IMG/VR virus record: IMGVR_UViG_3300005841_000037 | Location: 611 to 64,610 of that record | Reading direction: 5' to 3' (one strand) | Length of the DNA: 64,000 nt | Source: a virus | Lineage: Duplodnaviria; Caudoviricetes | Part shown: positions 29,305 to 39,119 of the stretch, piece by piece | Layout: every line of letters begins with the position of its first letter | Numbering within the stretch: the first letter of the stretch is position 1 | The notes under the pieces: model-generated | The model's database searches: none | What the model was told of the DNA's origin: nothing | The model's input: only the letters and a program-made list of their open reading frames with translations | Program-made: the position numbers and the translations under genes

Positions 29305-29814
29305 TCACGGCGTTGTCCAGGTGGTACCGAGCCCGTGCCAGGCGAAGCGCACGTCCATGCCGACCCGGGCATAGTCGGCCGGGTCGGACGGGCGCCGGGA
29401 CGGCTCGGTCAGGGCGGAGAACTCCAGCACGCGGGCGTCGGGGTAGCCGGTGGGCAGGCTGACCACGCGGTGGGTGTCGTGGCTTGTGGTATCGAACTGG
29501 GTGGCGATGACCGCCTCGGCGATCGCGTAGGCGACGTTCCACGGTGGCTTCTTCGACCGGCCCTGCGCGGTGGCCGCCCAGACGTCGATGGAGACCACGG
29601 TGTGCCGCACCGGGACGTTGATGTCGAGGGTGCCGCTGATCGCGGTCAACTGGATAAAGCCGGTGCTGCCCCAGGTGACGGTGCCGGTATCCCGGTCGGG
29701 GCCCTGCAGGACGGCGCCGACCGCCGTGGCGTAGTCGGCCAGCACGGTGCGCAGGTAGGCCCCGGCCACCAGCTCGGCGTTGGCCCGGTGCGGGATCGGC
29801 AGCACGGTGGTCAT
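29305..29814 (-). CDS. tail terminator
   Basis: Position; VSIDVWA motif. Confidence 0.65.
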   Translation of the reverse strand: MTTVLPIPHRANAELVAGAYLRTVLADYATAVGAVLQGPDRDTGTVTWGSTGFIQLTAISGTLDINVPVRHTVVSIDVWAATAQGRSKKPPWNVAYAIAEAVIATQFDTTSHDTHRVVSLPTGYPDARVLEFSALTEPSRRPSDPADYARVGMDVRFAWHGLGTTWTTP

Positions 29815-30239
29815 CGCAGGCCTGCCGTGATCGCGCCGACGCGGGCGCGGGTCAGGCGGCGGCGCCGGTACAGCGCTGGCCGCATGAACGGCTGGGCCTG
29901 GCTGCCGGGGTGCCAGACTTTCCGGCCGAAGTACGCGCCGGTCTCCGGATCGTGCAGCGACCAGGGGCCGTGGCTTTCGATCCAGTGCGGCGCAGCCCCG
30001 TACTCCTGGGCCGCCCAGTAGTTGACGTCATGGGCGAGCACCCCGCGGCCGCCGACTTTGACGACGCCGCGCAGGCCGCCCGGGTAGCGGGTGCCGATGG
30101 TGGAGACGAGGTCGCCGGAGTCGACCGGGCACCCGGCCCGTGCATCGTCGGCAATCGCTTCGGTGATGGCCTTGACCTGGGCGCCGACGTGGGCGAGGAA
30201 CCAGGATTCCCAGTTACGGGCTGGTCGGACACGCGCCAT
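29811..30239 (-). CDS. HK97 gp10-like neck protein
   Basis: CPVDSGDL..SI..YWAAQEYG..HPG..AQPFMRPAL. Confidence 0.8.
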   Translation of the reverse strand: MARVRPARNWESWFLAHVGAQVKAITEAIADDARAGCPVDSGDLVSTIGTRYPGGLRGVVKVGGRGVLAHDVNYWAAQEYGAAPHWIESHGPWSLHDPETGAYFGRKVWHPGSQAQPFMRPALYRRRRLTRARVGAITAGLR

Positions 30240-30380
30240 TGTCTCGCCCCCTCTGCGGGTCTGCGGCCACCACTGCACGCCGGTCTGCCCGGCGCCGGTG
30301 AGAAGGGGGTCGGGGGCTGCCTGCCCGCCTTCCGTCACACCATGTGTCGATTTTCGTACGTATGTACGAACATCTGGTGA

Positions 30381-30710
30381 TCAGGTTACACGCTGCAGGA
30401 CCGCCCGCGTAGAGCCGAGACCGACGGGGTTCGTCGACGGGTTCAGGCTGGTCACGTAGTAGACGCTGCCGGTGCGTTCGTCGCGGATGCGGTCGTCCTG
30501 GCGGAGGTCGACGCCGCGCCACACGCGCATGGCGTAGGTGCGGGGCGTGTCCTTCCGGCCCGACGAGGGGCGGCCGCCGGTCACGGGCTGCTCCAGGATC
30601 GAGGCGCGCACGCCGGTGGCCACCGGCTCGTCGGTGTCGATCTCGTCGCCGTAATCATTTTCGGCGGTGCCGCGCATGATCGTGACCGTGGTCGTGGCGA
30701 TGAAGCTCAC
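30381..30710 (-). CDS. head-to-tail stopper
   Basis: TVTIMRG..DYGDE..DLRQDDRI. Confidence 0.7.
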   Translation of the reverse strand: MSFIATTTVTIMRGTAENDYGDEIDTDEPVATGVRASILEQPVTGGRPSSGRKDTPRTYAMRVWRGVDLRQDDRIRDERTGSVYYVTSLNPSTNPVGLGSTRAVLQRVT

Positions 30711-30868
30711 CCGGTCACCTCCGTGTGGCAGGGGCATTCGCAGACCGCGGGGCAGAACTTGCAGTGCGGCGGGCCCGGCTCGCCGCGCTCCCGCATGCCT
30801 TTCCCGCACTGCTCGTGCACCCCGTGCAGGCACGCCGTCGACGTGTAGTGGTGCGGCGTGGCGTCCAT
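30707..30868 (-). CDS. small Cys/His-rich protein
   Basis: YTSTACLHG.H..C..CKFCPAVCECPCH; overlaps both neighbours. Confidence 0.6.
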   Translation of the reverse strand: MDATPHHYTSTACLHGVHEQCGKGMRERGEPGPPHCKFCPAVCECPCHTEVTG

Positions 30869-31332
30869 CAGTGCCCCGGCGGGGTGGCGCCGAACGGCAG
30901 CGGCGACCACTCGTACTGGTCGTCCCGGACCGCGGAGTCGCGGTTGCCCCGGTCGCTCAGATGCCGCCGCGACCACAGGCCTTTCGATACCCGGATCTCC
31001 TTGCGCCACGACAGCCGGTTCAGGCAGCGGCTGGCGAGCGGCGCGAGGAGGTGCGCGTTCGCGTTCGCGTACTGCGCGCTGAGCCCGTCCTGGGAGACAC
31101 CTTCGACGTCCATCGCCTCCAGGACGTCGGGGTGCGCATCGAGCCACACCGCCTGCCAGGCGACGGCCTGCTGCAGCAGGCGGAGGTTCTTGCTCGCGAT
31201 CAGGCCGTTGTCGGAGGCGACCGTCGACGTCCCCGAGAAGAGTTCGATGATGGTCTGGGCGCCAGCCAGCGACTCCTGCGAGGCTTCCCGGCCTGTCAGG
31301 TCGTGTACCTGGTCAATTGTCGCCCAGCCCAT
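30868..31332 (-). CDS. head-to-tail adaptor
   Basis: WAT..V..LTG..AVAWQA..LAPLA..L. Confidence 0.7.
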   Translation of the reverse strand: MGWATIDQVHDLTGREASQESLAGAQTIIELFSGTSTVASDNGLIASKNLRLLQQAVAWQAVWLDAHPDVLEAMDVEGVSQDGLSAQYANANAHLLAPLASRCLNRLSWRKEIRVSKGLWSRRHLSDRGNRDSAVRDDQYEWSPLPFGATPPGH

Positions 31333-31342
31333 AACGTCTCCT

Positions 31343-32074
31343 TTACCGCTGACGCTTCAGTGGCACCTGGTAGATGGCGGTGCGGCGGTTGTCGGCGTCG
31401 GCAGCGAACCCGACCCGCTCGCCGACGGTGATGCCGCCCTTCGTGGTGAGCCCCGCGGCCGCCGCCTGCGCGTGCGTCTCCGCGATCATCCGGAAGTGAT
31501 CGTTATCGGTCACCTCGTGGGGGCCGATGACGAACTCCCAGCGGAACGCGCGGACCTCGGCAGCGCCGAGGGCCTCACCGACACGCACCTGGCCGGTCCG
31601 GGCCGTCAGGTTCGGGCGGCCGGTCTTCCCGCCGATGATCGCCGACGGCACCGCGCCGGTCTCGCCATCGGCGGCCACGGTCGTGATCGCGGGGGCCCCG
31701 GGGCTGTTGCCGATTTCGGGCGCCCGGCCGACGGCCGGTCCGGCCAGGTCGTCGGATGCGCTGGGCCGGGCCGCCGCCGGAGGGGTGGCACCGGAGGCAG
31801 CCGCGTCACCGGCCCCGGCGGCGGTCGGCTGCTCTGCCGGTTCGTCGAGGTCGTCGAGCAGGTCGATCTCCTCGGCGGAGGGCACGTCGTCCTGGGTCAG
31901 CCCGCGGCGGGCATCGTCAGCCTTGAGCTTCTCGATCAGCTGCACCTGCGTGCCGTCGGCGGGGATGCCCCGTGTGCTGCACAGCTTGCGCAGGTCGCGG
32001 AAGCCGAGACGCGAATAGTCGGGGACGAGTTCGTCATCCGTGGCGTGGTTCGGGGTGTCGGCTGGGGTGGTCAT
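31343..32074 (-). CDS. SAP/HeH-domain protein
   Basis: DLRKLCSTRGIPADGTQVQLIEKL. Confidence 0.7.
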   Translation of the reverse strand: MTTPADTPNHATDDELVPDYSRLGFRDLRKLCSTRGIPADGTQVQLIEKLKADDARRGLTQDDVPSAEEIDLLDDLDEPAEQPTAAGAGDAAASGATPPAAARPSASDDLAGPAVGRAPEIGNSPGAPAITTVAADGETGAVPSAIIGGKTGRPNLTARTGQVRVGEALGAAEVRAFRWEFVIGPHEVTDNDHFRMIAETHAQAAAAGLTTKGGITVGERVGFAADADNRRTAIYQVPLKRQR

Positions 32075-32144
32075 GAGGCTGCCTCCTGGTGAAGATCGTA
32101 CCGAACATGCGTGCGAAAACTACTTGCCGCCCATTATCAACCTC

Positions 32145-33713
32145 CTACCCGCTGGGCACGGGGGCGCGGCGCACGTGGACGACCGGCCGGTCCGTGACAT
32201 GGTCGACGACCACAGACCGGGTGACGTGGACGATGGGGCCGGGCCGGACGTTGACGAGGGCGGCCCGGGGTGCACCTTCGGTGTCGGCGGTGACGATGAC
32301 GGTACCAACGGCGGTGCGCACGGCGACGGTGACGGCACTGACCGTCGCCCCTCCGGTCGCGGTGACCACGGCCGTGCCAACGCTGGCGATCGCGGCCACG
32401 GTGGCGGGCAGCGCCAGTACGCCGAGCCGGACGGCCGGTGCAGGCACCGAGGCGACGGCGGCCACGGTGGCGGGGACCGGCCGGGAGCCGGTCGACAGCA
32501 CCGGGGAGCCGACGGCGGCCGCGACGGCGACGGTGGCCGCCGACACGGTGGCCGAGCCGCCCGCGCTGACCGCGGGCACGCCGACGGCGGCGATCGCGGC
32601 AACGACGGACGCCTGCACGAGCGCCCCGCCGGAAACGACCGGGGAGCCGACGGTAGCCGTGGCGGCCACAGTGGCCGGGGCCGGTCCGGCGCCCGCCTGG
32701 AGGGTCGGCGACGGCACGGCAGTGACGGCGGTCACGGTGCTGGGGGTGATGGCCGCGCTCAGGCGCACCGTCGGGGCGGGGATCGCGGCCACGGCGGCCA
32801 CCGTGCTGGCCGTGACGGTCTGGCCCGTGTTCAGTGCTGGGGCCCCGACGGCCGCCACGGCCGCCACGGTGCTGGGAGTGATCGCCACCGACATGCGCGG
32901 GGTCGCCGTCGGCACGGCGGCGCTCGCGGCCACCGTGCTGGCCGTGGCGGTCTGGTCGGCCCGGATGGTGATGCTGGGGACGGCGGCGACCGCGGCGACG
33001 ACGCTGGGTGTGGCGGTGGCGTTGGTGCCGCCGAGGCTGAAGTCAAAGGAGGGCGGGTTGGCTCCGGCGGCCGTCGTACCGGTCTTGCTGCTGAAACTCG
33101 ACGTACCGATCGCCACCGTCATGGTGGAGCCGTTGGTGCCGTCGAAGTCCTTGCCGTGGATCAGTTCTTTCGGCGCGCCGCCGGACACGTCGCGCCAGGT
33201 GGTGAGCAGGTTCGACTTCATCGAGTCAAGTTCGGCGTCGGACAGGACCCGGGTCCACCAGCACATGATCGCGATCGGGCCGTTGCCCTTGATCACGTTG
33301 AAGCCGATGCGCAGCTCGGTGGCGGCGCTGGCGTTGTCGCCCTGGTTGCCGGAGCCGGTGGAGACGCCGTGACTCATCGTGCCGGAGCCGTCGGCGGCGT
33401 ACGCCCAGACGTGGTGGCGATAGGTGTTCGATCCGGCGGCTTTCGACTGCGCGATCAGATACCAGGTGCCCTGGGTGAGGGTGCTGAAGCCGCTGCTGAA
33501 GTCGTTATTGCCGTAGATCTTGTTGGTGTCCTCGAACAGGGCCCTGACCTGCGTCGACGACACGAACGCCCCGGCGAAACCGCCGTTGTTGTTGCCGACC
33601 GCGGGCTGCGCAAGCACGGCGACGGTGTAGGCGCCTTGCGTCACCGCGGATGCGGTGCCCGCGGTGAAGCTCAGGTATGAGTTCGCGGCGGTGATGTCGA
33701 AGGACACGGACAC
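32145..33713 (-). CDS. virion fibre/decoration protein: LamG-like head plus ~21-aa TVAAVAAV repeats
   Basis: About 11 repeats of (P/A)STVAAVA(A/S)V(P/G). Confidence 0.65.
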   Translation of the reverse strand: MSVSFDITAANSYLSFTAGTASAVTQGAYTVAVLAQPAVGNNNGGFAGAFVSSTQVRALFEDTNKIYGNNDFSSGFSTLTQGTWYLIAQSKAAGSNTYRHHVWAYAADGSGTMSHGVSTGSGNQGDNASAATELRIGFNVIKGNGPIAIMCWWTRVLSDAELDSMKSNLLTTWRDVSGGAPKELIHGKDFDGTNGSTMTVAIGTSSFSSKTGTTAAGANPPSFDFSLGGTNATATPSVVAAVAAVPSITIRADQTATASTVAASAAVPTATPRMSVAITPSTVAAVAAVGAPALNTGQTVTASTVAAVAAIPAPTVRLSAAITPSTVTAVTAVPSPTLQAGAGPAPATVAATATVGSPVVSGGALVQASVVAAIAAVGVPAVSAGGSATVSAATVAVAAAVGSPVLSTGSRPVPATVAAVASVPAPAVRLGVLALPATVAAIASVGTAVVTATGGATVSAVTVAVRTAVGTVIVTADTEGAPRAALVNVRPGPIVHVTRSVVVDHVTDRPVVHVRRAPVPSG

Positions 33714-33769
33714 GACATCACCACCGCCAATCGATCAGCTTGACTTAGAAAACGCCCTGACCTGCAGGA

Positions 33770-34240
33770 TCATGGCGTCCAATCGACCGTAAATACCCCA
33801 GTCGCTGCCCACTGGATGCCGAAGGTGCCGTTGACGGTGCTGTAGGCGGTGCCGCCGAAGTAGACGAGCACGATCAGGTTGTCACCGGCGAGGGCGTCGG
33901 CGTAGATCCGGGCCGCCACCGCGCTGGTCAGCGTGGTGCTGGCGACGCTGATGTCGCCCATGTCGTACATCTGGGTGCCGGTCGGCGACTCGGTGTTCGT
34001 CGGCGACGTCGACGTGCCGCCCGCGGCCGCCGCCGACAGGGCGATGCCGCCGGACGCCCAGCCGGTGCCGGAAACCTCGTTGGTGCTGGACCACGAAACG
34101 TCGGTCGAGAAGTTGGGGGTGGCCGCGTTGCTCAGCAGCGCGATCTTGTGCGTGGTCAGCGACAGGTCGATGGCCAGCTGGGTGGCGTCGAACACGTCGA
34201 TCATGTTGGCTACGTACAGGCCGGACACGGAGACAGCCAT
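33770..34240 (-). CDS. virion structural protein
   Basis: KIALL..EVSGTGW.SGG..FGIQW..G motif; position after capsid. Confidence 0.65.
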   Translation of the reverse strand: MAVSVSGLYVANMIDVFDATQLAIDLSLTTHKIALLSNAATPNFSTDVSWSSTNEVSGTGWASGGIALSAAAAGGTSTSPTNTESPTGTQMYDMGDISVASTTLTSAVAARIYADALAGDNLIVLVYFGGTAYSTVNGTFGIQWAATGVFTVDWTP

Positions 34241-34242
34241 CG

Positions 34243-34683
34243 TTACGCCTCCTGTCCTGCGTGGTCGGCCAGGGCAACGGCCAGCTGTCCGGCGGCCTCT
34301 TCGGCGGCCGCCTGGGCGCGCTCAAGGTTGGCCTGCATCGCCTCGAAGGCCTCGTCGGGCACCTCGTCGTCCTCTTCGGCGGCCGCGAGGGCCTGCTCCA
34401 GCGCGGCGACGAGGGCGAGCGCGTCGCGTTCGGTGCGGCGCAGGCGGCGCCAGCGCTGCAGCTCGTCGGCGGCCGCCCGCTCATCGGCACGACGCTCCGG
34501 CGTCGGGTCCTCGAACAGGGCCTGCTGCGCGGCGACGTAGGCCGCGGTGGCGCCAACCTCCGCCTGGGCGGCGTCGTCGTCTCCGGCGGCCCGGCGGGCC
34601 TTCGTCTCCTTGTACGGGAAGTGCGAGAGCGGATCCGCCAGCCGGTCTGCGAAGGTGGGCCGCTCCGAGCCCGGATAGGTCAC
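34243..34683 (-). CDS. hypothetical helical protein
   Basis: GGAG RBS, overlapping start. Confidence 0.6.
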   Translation of the reverse strand: MTYPGSERPTFADRLADPLSHFPYKETKARRAAGDDDAAQAEVGATAAYVAAQQALFEDPTPERRADERAAADELQRWRRLRRTERDALALVAALEQALAAAEEDDEVPDEAFEAMQANLERAQAAAEEAAGQLAVALADHAGQEA

Positions 34684-34940
34684 TGGTGCGCTCCGATCTT
34701 GAGCTTCACGGTCTGCGGCCGGAGCAGGACGTCCTGGCGTTCGCCTTTGACGGCGTGCTCGGTGACGGTGTTGCCGAGTTCGTCCGTGGTGGCTTTGATG
34801 CGCACGCCGTCGGCTCGGCGCCCTTCGCGGACGACGTTGCCGGTCCGCCGGGAGATGACGCCCACGGACCGCATCCGGGCCAGCCACTCCTCGCGGGTTT
34901 CGCCGGTGCGGTCTTCCATGCGGTTGATGTTGGTCTGCAT
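34680..34940 (-). CDS. hypothetical protein
   Basis: TAATG overlap, 86 aa. Confidence 0.6.
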   Translation of the reverse strand: MQTNINRMEDRTGETREEWLARMRSVGVISRRTGNVVREGRRADGVRIKATTDELGNTVTEHAVKGERQDVLLRPQTVKLKIGAHQ

Positions 34941-35302
34941 TACCGGGTGACCCCTCTCGTACAGCGGGCCACGCCGGAAGCCAGCGGCTCCACCTCGTCG
35001 CCGTCGGTGATGACCAGGTCGTAGACGCCGGACCGCCACGCGTACCCGGCGGTCGTGTCGGCGTCGATGGTGGCGGTGACGACGCCGTTGGCGGCATCGA
35101 CGTCGACCACGGCAGTGGCGAGGATGTCCGTGGCGTCCTCGGTGGCCCGGACCTGCATCGCGCCGGTCCAGCCGGTGAGGTCCCGGATCTCCACCTGGTC
35201 GGTGTTGCCGGTCGGGTCGACCTCGACGCACTGGATGCGCAGGGTGAACGTCGAGTAGGTGCGGATCTCGATGTTGGTGACCACGGCCGTCACAGCGCCC
35301 AC
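34940..35302 (-). CDS. BppU-N-like structural protein
   Basis: DLTGWTGAMQVR..GVYDL..G motif. Confidence 0.6.
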   Translation of the reverse strand: MGAVTAVVTNIEIRTYSTFTLRIQCVEVDPTGNTDQVEIRDLTGWTGAMQVRATEDATDILATAVVDVDAANGVVTATIDADTTAGYAWRSGVYDLVITDGDEVEPLASGVARCTRGVTR

Positions 35303-35385
35303 CCCCTCACTCCCGGTACGCGAAAACCGGCGGCAGTTGCCCGCCGCCGGTCTCCTATCCCCCGCATGGGCCCCGACGGCCCGGG

Positions 35386-36480
35386 TTAGTCGGTGATGCG
35401 CTCCAGCACGGCGACCGCGGCCGGGTGCGTGACCTTAAATGCCCGCCTTGTCCGGAATTTCATCGCGTAGTCATCCGTATCGTCCTGGGCGCGCGCGTCG
35501 TCGGTCAGCGTCTCCGGGCCGGACCGGTCGCCACGCGCCAGGTTGCGCTTGTTCGCGTAGATCAGCAGGTCGTTGCCGCTCGGGGAGCCCGAGTTGACCG
35601 CGGAGGTCTTGCAGCCACGCGACCAGTAGATCGGGGTCTCGAAGAGCAGGTCCGGGGTGCCGTTGCCCGGCAGGCCGGAGGTCGCTCCGCGGCCGCCGGT
35701 GCCCGGCTGGAAGATCGGGCGGCCCTGGGCGTCGACGCACATACGCAGCGCGTCGCGCCAGCCCGGGGCGGCGATGACGATCATGTCCGGGTTGTTCCAG
35801 TACTTGCCGGTCTCCACCAGCTTGAACACGTACGAGAGCTTCTCGTACAGCGACGTACCCGCCGGGGTGGTGGGGACGCTGATCAAGTCGTCGTCCCACG
35901 TGGTGTAGTTCACGTCGGCGACGTAGCTGGAGTTCGAATCGGTGGTGCGGACCGTCTTGTAGACCGAGGTGAACGGCACGGTGGTGCCGTTTTCGGTGCC
36001 GGTGACGGCCAGGCAGGCGTTGTCGAAGACGTCGGCGTACGAGATGGCCCAGTCGAGGGCCTTCGTGCCGAGGACGTCGAGGCGGCCGTTGGCGTCGGCC
36101 AGGTCATCCTCGTCAACCGTCACGCGGGCGATGAAGCGCCGGGCCGTGAGGGTGACGTCGTCGTTGGTGCTGGTGTCGGAGACGTAGGTGGTGCCCGCGG
36201 AGACGGTGATGCCCGCGGAACGCGGGATCGACTTCGTCTTGCTGGACATCGCCACCCGGCGGAACTGGCTCTCCGCGACGGACTCAACGAGCACCCGCTG
36301 GACCACGGCCGAGTCGTACTCGATCGGGATCCACGTGGTGATGTTCATGTTGGCGCCACCGGCGGCAACGTAGACAGGCTGCCCGCCGCGGGTAGAGCCG
36401 ACGACCTTGCCGGAAACGGCCTCGTCGCGGTCGGTGGTGACCTCCCACTGAACGCGGGAGTTGGTAAGACTGCGCGTCAT
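35386..36480 (-). CDS. major capsid protein (HK97 fold)
   Basis: AAGGAG RBS; WIPIE, IPR, VTLTARRF, DAQGRPIF, LFETPI, ends AVAVLE. Confidence 0.88.
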   Translation of the reverse strand: MTRSLTNSRVQWEVTTDRDEAVSGKVVGSTRGGQPVYVAAGGANMNITTWIPIEYDSAVVQRVLVESVAESQFRRVAMSSKTKSIPRSAGITVSAGTTYVSDTSTNDDVTLTARRFIARVTVDEDDLADANGRLDVLGTKALDWAISYADVFDNACLAVTGTENGTTVPFTSVYKTVRTTDSNSSYVADVNYTTWDDDLISVPTTPAGTSLYEKLSYVFKLVETGKYWNNPDMIVIAAPGWRDALRMCVDAQGRPIFQPGTGGRGATSGLPGNGTPDLLFETPIYWSRGCKTSAVNSGSPSGNDLLIYANKRNLARGDRSGPETLTDDARAQDDTDDYAMKFRTRRAFKVTHPAAVAVLERITD

Positions 36481-36743
36481 TGAGTGGACTCCTTCGCCAC
36501 GCGCACCGATGGGGGTCGATGCTCGTCGCGAGCGAAGGTGGCGCAGCTGGAGGCCCGTCACGGGCTTTGTCCAGGTGTTTGCCTTACCTGATCCAGAACG
36601 TTAGCACAAGCGTTTCAAAGGGCCAATACCACATGTGGCCAGGCATGGAAAAGCCCCCGTTGCGTAAGAGGCAGCCGGGGGCTTTTCGGGAGACCTGGGA
36701 GGTCGATCCTGGTCAGAGCTTACTGGGATGTCGTGGCCCGATT

Positions 36744-37799
36744 CTACTGCAGGCGCATCCGCTCCACCATCTGCTCCGCCCAGCCCTTCGGCGCGCGGGC
36801 CTGGCGGCCGCGGTCCCCGCCGTCGGCGGCGCGGGCGCCGCCGCGGACCCCGGACCGGCGCGGCGTCGTCGCGGCGCGGTCGTTGTTGCTGCGGGTCTCG
36901 CGCTCCCGGGCGCGGCTTGTGCGGCGCGGCTCGAAGAACGTCGGGAAGTCCTCTTTCAACCGCTCGATCTCCTCCTCGATGCCGAGCAGCTCGAAGCCGG
37001 AGTCGTCCATGTCCAGCTCGATGGCGTCGTGGTCGAGGGTGCGGAGCGCCCGCTGCATCTGGCTGGCGGTGCCGGTGAACCCGGCGTCGGCAAGGGCCAG
37101 CCGGGCGGCCTGCTCGGCGAGGATCGGCAGCACCACGTCCCGTTCGGCGCGGCGGCCGCGCTGCTCGGCTGCAAGGACCTGCCGGGCGATCTCCCGGTCG
37201 CGCTTGCGCTGGTCGACGGGCTGCGGCTGCTCCGGCTCGCGCTCGTAGTCGCCGTCGGGGCCGTAGCCGTCGCCGTCCTGGTCGTCGGGGCTGACCACGT
37301 CGTCGCCGAACGGCTGGCCGTTCTCGGGGTCGATGCCGCGCTGTGTCAGCCACGTGGCAAGGTCGTCGATGCCGAGCTTGTCCATGGTCTTGCCGACGCG
37401 GCGGCGCTTCCCGGCCTCATTGTTGGCACGCTTCAGGGCACTCTGGACGCGGTCCCACGATTCGCGGGTCGGCGGGGTCCAGCCGTCCTCTTCGGCGCCC
37501 TCGTCGTCGGGGTCGTCCTCGTCGTCTTCGTCGTCGTCCGCCTTCGCGCGGGCCGGGCGGCGGCCGCGCATCGAGGCAGGAACTTCCTCGTCCTCGTCGT
37601 CATCGTCGTCATCATCGTCGCGGTCGTCGTCGAAGTCGGGGCTGTCGTCGTCGTCGCGGACGCTGAAGTCGACGCCGCCGCCTCCGCGGCCGCCCTGGGC
37701 CGGGTAGACGGGCTGGCCTCCGGTGGTGTAGCCGACCGGGGCGAACGGGTTGGCGAAGTGCAGGGGCGCCATGGGGCGCGTCAGGTCCAGTGTGGTCAT
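36744..37799 (-). CDS. capsid scaffolding protein
   Basis: GGAGG RBS; acidic tract, coiled coil, LKEDFPTFF; directly upstream of capsid. Confidence 0.8.
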   Translation of the reverse strand: MTTLDLTRPMAPLHFANPFAPVGYTTGGQPVYPAQGGRGGGGVDFSVRDDDDSPDFDDDRDDDDDDDDEDEEVPASMRGRRPARAKADDDEDDEDDPDDEGAEEDGWTPPTRESWDRVQSALKRANNEAGKRRRVGKTMDKLGIDDLATWLTQRGIDPENGQPFGDDVVSPDDQDGDGYGPDGDYEREPEQPQPVDQRKRDREIARQVLAAEQRGRRAERDVVLPILAEQAARLALADAGFTGTASQMQRALRTLDHDAIELDMDDSGFELLGIEEEIERLKEDFPTFFEPRRTSRARERETRSNNDRAATTPRRSGVRGGARAADGGDRGRQARAPKGWAEQMVERMRLQ

Positions 37800-37895
37800 C
37801 GCGACCGCCTCCGATTCGTGCCCGTCACGGGCGGACATCACGTCGTTGATCAGCGTACGCGAACGCATGTACGAACGGGAGTGGCTGGGAAGCGA

Positions 37896-37922
37896 AAAGC
37901 CCCGGCCGGGGCCGGGGCTTCG
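37896..37922 (-). terminator. intrinsic terminator
   Basis: AAGCCCCGGC-cccg-GCCGGGGCTTTT. Confidence 0.7.
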
Positions 37923-37927
37923 GTTGG

Positions 37928-38161
37928 CTACCCCCAGTCGCGGAGGGTGTCGACGTAGGCGGCTTTCGTCCGCCACCTCCGATCGCACCGGGTGCACTGC
38001 ACCTCCGAGTACGCCGACGGGGTGAACCGGCCACCGCTGAAGGCGGAGTAGTTGCCCCGCCGGACGGTGACCCGCCAGTGGCTGCGGTGGTTTTGCATGC
38101 AGACCCGGGTGCGCTCACGCTCGCGCATCAGGAACAGGTCGCCGTATCCCAGGTCAGGCAT
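37928..38161 (-). CDS. small Zn-binding protein
   Basis: AGGAG RBS; CTRC..WRT motif. Confidence 0.65.
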   Translation of the reverse strand: MPDLGYGDLFLMRERERTRVCMQNHRSHWRVTVRRGNYSAFSGGRFTPSAYSEVQCTRCDRRWRTKAAYVDTLRDWG

Positions 38162-38170
38162 GATCTCTCC

Positions 38171-39061
38171 TCAGTTGACGAACGTAACGCGGGACAGTTC
38201 AGTCTGCGGGATGCCCTGGTACTCGTCGTGCTTCTTGACGGTGCCCTTGATCCGGGCGGTGAACGGCTCGTTGCCCGCCTCGTAGAACCGGACTCGCGCG
38301 GCGTGACCGAAGCCGCCGGACGCCCAGGTCTTCAAGGCCTGGCCGTCGGCGGTCTCCATCGTGACCAGGTAGCGCATGCCATAGTCGCCCTCGAAGCCCT
38401 TGACGTTGCGGACGGTCACGTCGACCTCGGCACGTTGGCCGACGGTGCCCCAGTGCCCGGCGGCCCGCTTGGCCTCGATGCGGGCGGCCCGATCGCCCAG
38501 GGTGCGCATCGCGGCCTCCTCCTGCTTCTCGGTGAGGGGCTTGCAGCCTCGCACGTTGCGGGCCATGTCGCCGAGGAAGCCCCGGCCGTAGTCGTCGCTG
38601 TACTCGTCCTTCGGCTGGGCCAGCAGGGCGGCGATGAGGCCGAGGCGGCCGGGGACGGCGTCACGCCAGGCGTCCCAGGCAATGGCCTGCTGGTGCAGCT
38701 CGCGCATCAGCTTGCGCTCCGCGGCGCGCTGGCGGGCCTCACGGCCCTTGACGAGGCGGTGCGCCTCGTCCCAGCCCTTGGGGATCAGGGCGCCGAGGCC
38801 GTTGCCGTAGCAGCCGTAGCACATGGTGCCGTCGAGCTGGTTGTAGCTGAACTGGCCCCAGCCGCCACAGCGGCCGCACGGGTGGTAGACGGCGGTGCCG
38901 TTCTCGACGGTGCGGAAGACGTAGCCGCGGATCTCCCAGGTGTGCTCGATCTCGCGGGTGGCCCGGTGGTCGCGGGTGTGCTCAACGAACGAGCCGGTGT
39001 AGGTGACGAACTCGGGGACCTCGATCGGGGCGGTCTGCTCGTCGGTGGTGGTCTGCAGCAT
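38171..39061 (-). CDS. cassette gene with Zn ribbon and C-terminal OB-like fold
   Basis: CGRCGGWG..CYGCYGNG; IKGTVKKHDEYQG..QT.L.R. Confidence 0.75.
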   Translation of the reverse strand: MLQTTTDEQTAPIEVPEFVTYTGSFVEHTRDHRATREIEHTWEIRGYVFRTVENGTAVYHPCGRCGGWGQFSYNQLDGTMCYGCYGNGLGALIPKGWDEAHRLVKGREARQRAAERKLMRELHQQAIAWDAWRDAVPGRLGLIAALLAQPKDEYSDDYGRGFLGDMARNVRGCKPLTEKQEEAAMRTLGDRAARIEAKRAAGHWGTVGQRAEVDVTVRNVKGFEGDYGMRYLVTMETADGQALKTWASGGFGHAARVRFYEAGNEPFTARIKGTVKKHDEYQGIPQTELSRVTFVN

Positions 39062-39089
39062 CTGAGGCCTCCTTCGTGGTGGAGACCCC

Positions 39090-39119
39090 AGATTAGCAAC
39101 TTGTCACACGGTGTGTCAA
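39090..39119 (-). promoter_or_regulatory. phage promoter/operator
   Basis: TTGACA-caccgtgtgacaagttgc-TAATCT. Confidence 0.85.

Noticed and set aside
32330-33020. Non-coding DNA repeat array
   Set aside because: Explained by TVAAVAAV protein repeats in the fibre-like CDS
35437-35445. Self-target of TIGR spacer AAATGCCCG in the capsid gene (also single 9-mer hits near 5514, 13980, 30846)
   Set aside because: Flanking bases do not match the partner spacer and lone 9-mers are expected by chance; the search was manual and not exhaustive
37490-37655. (TCG)n microsatellite
   Set aside because: Encodes the Asp/Glu tract of the scaffold protein
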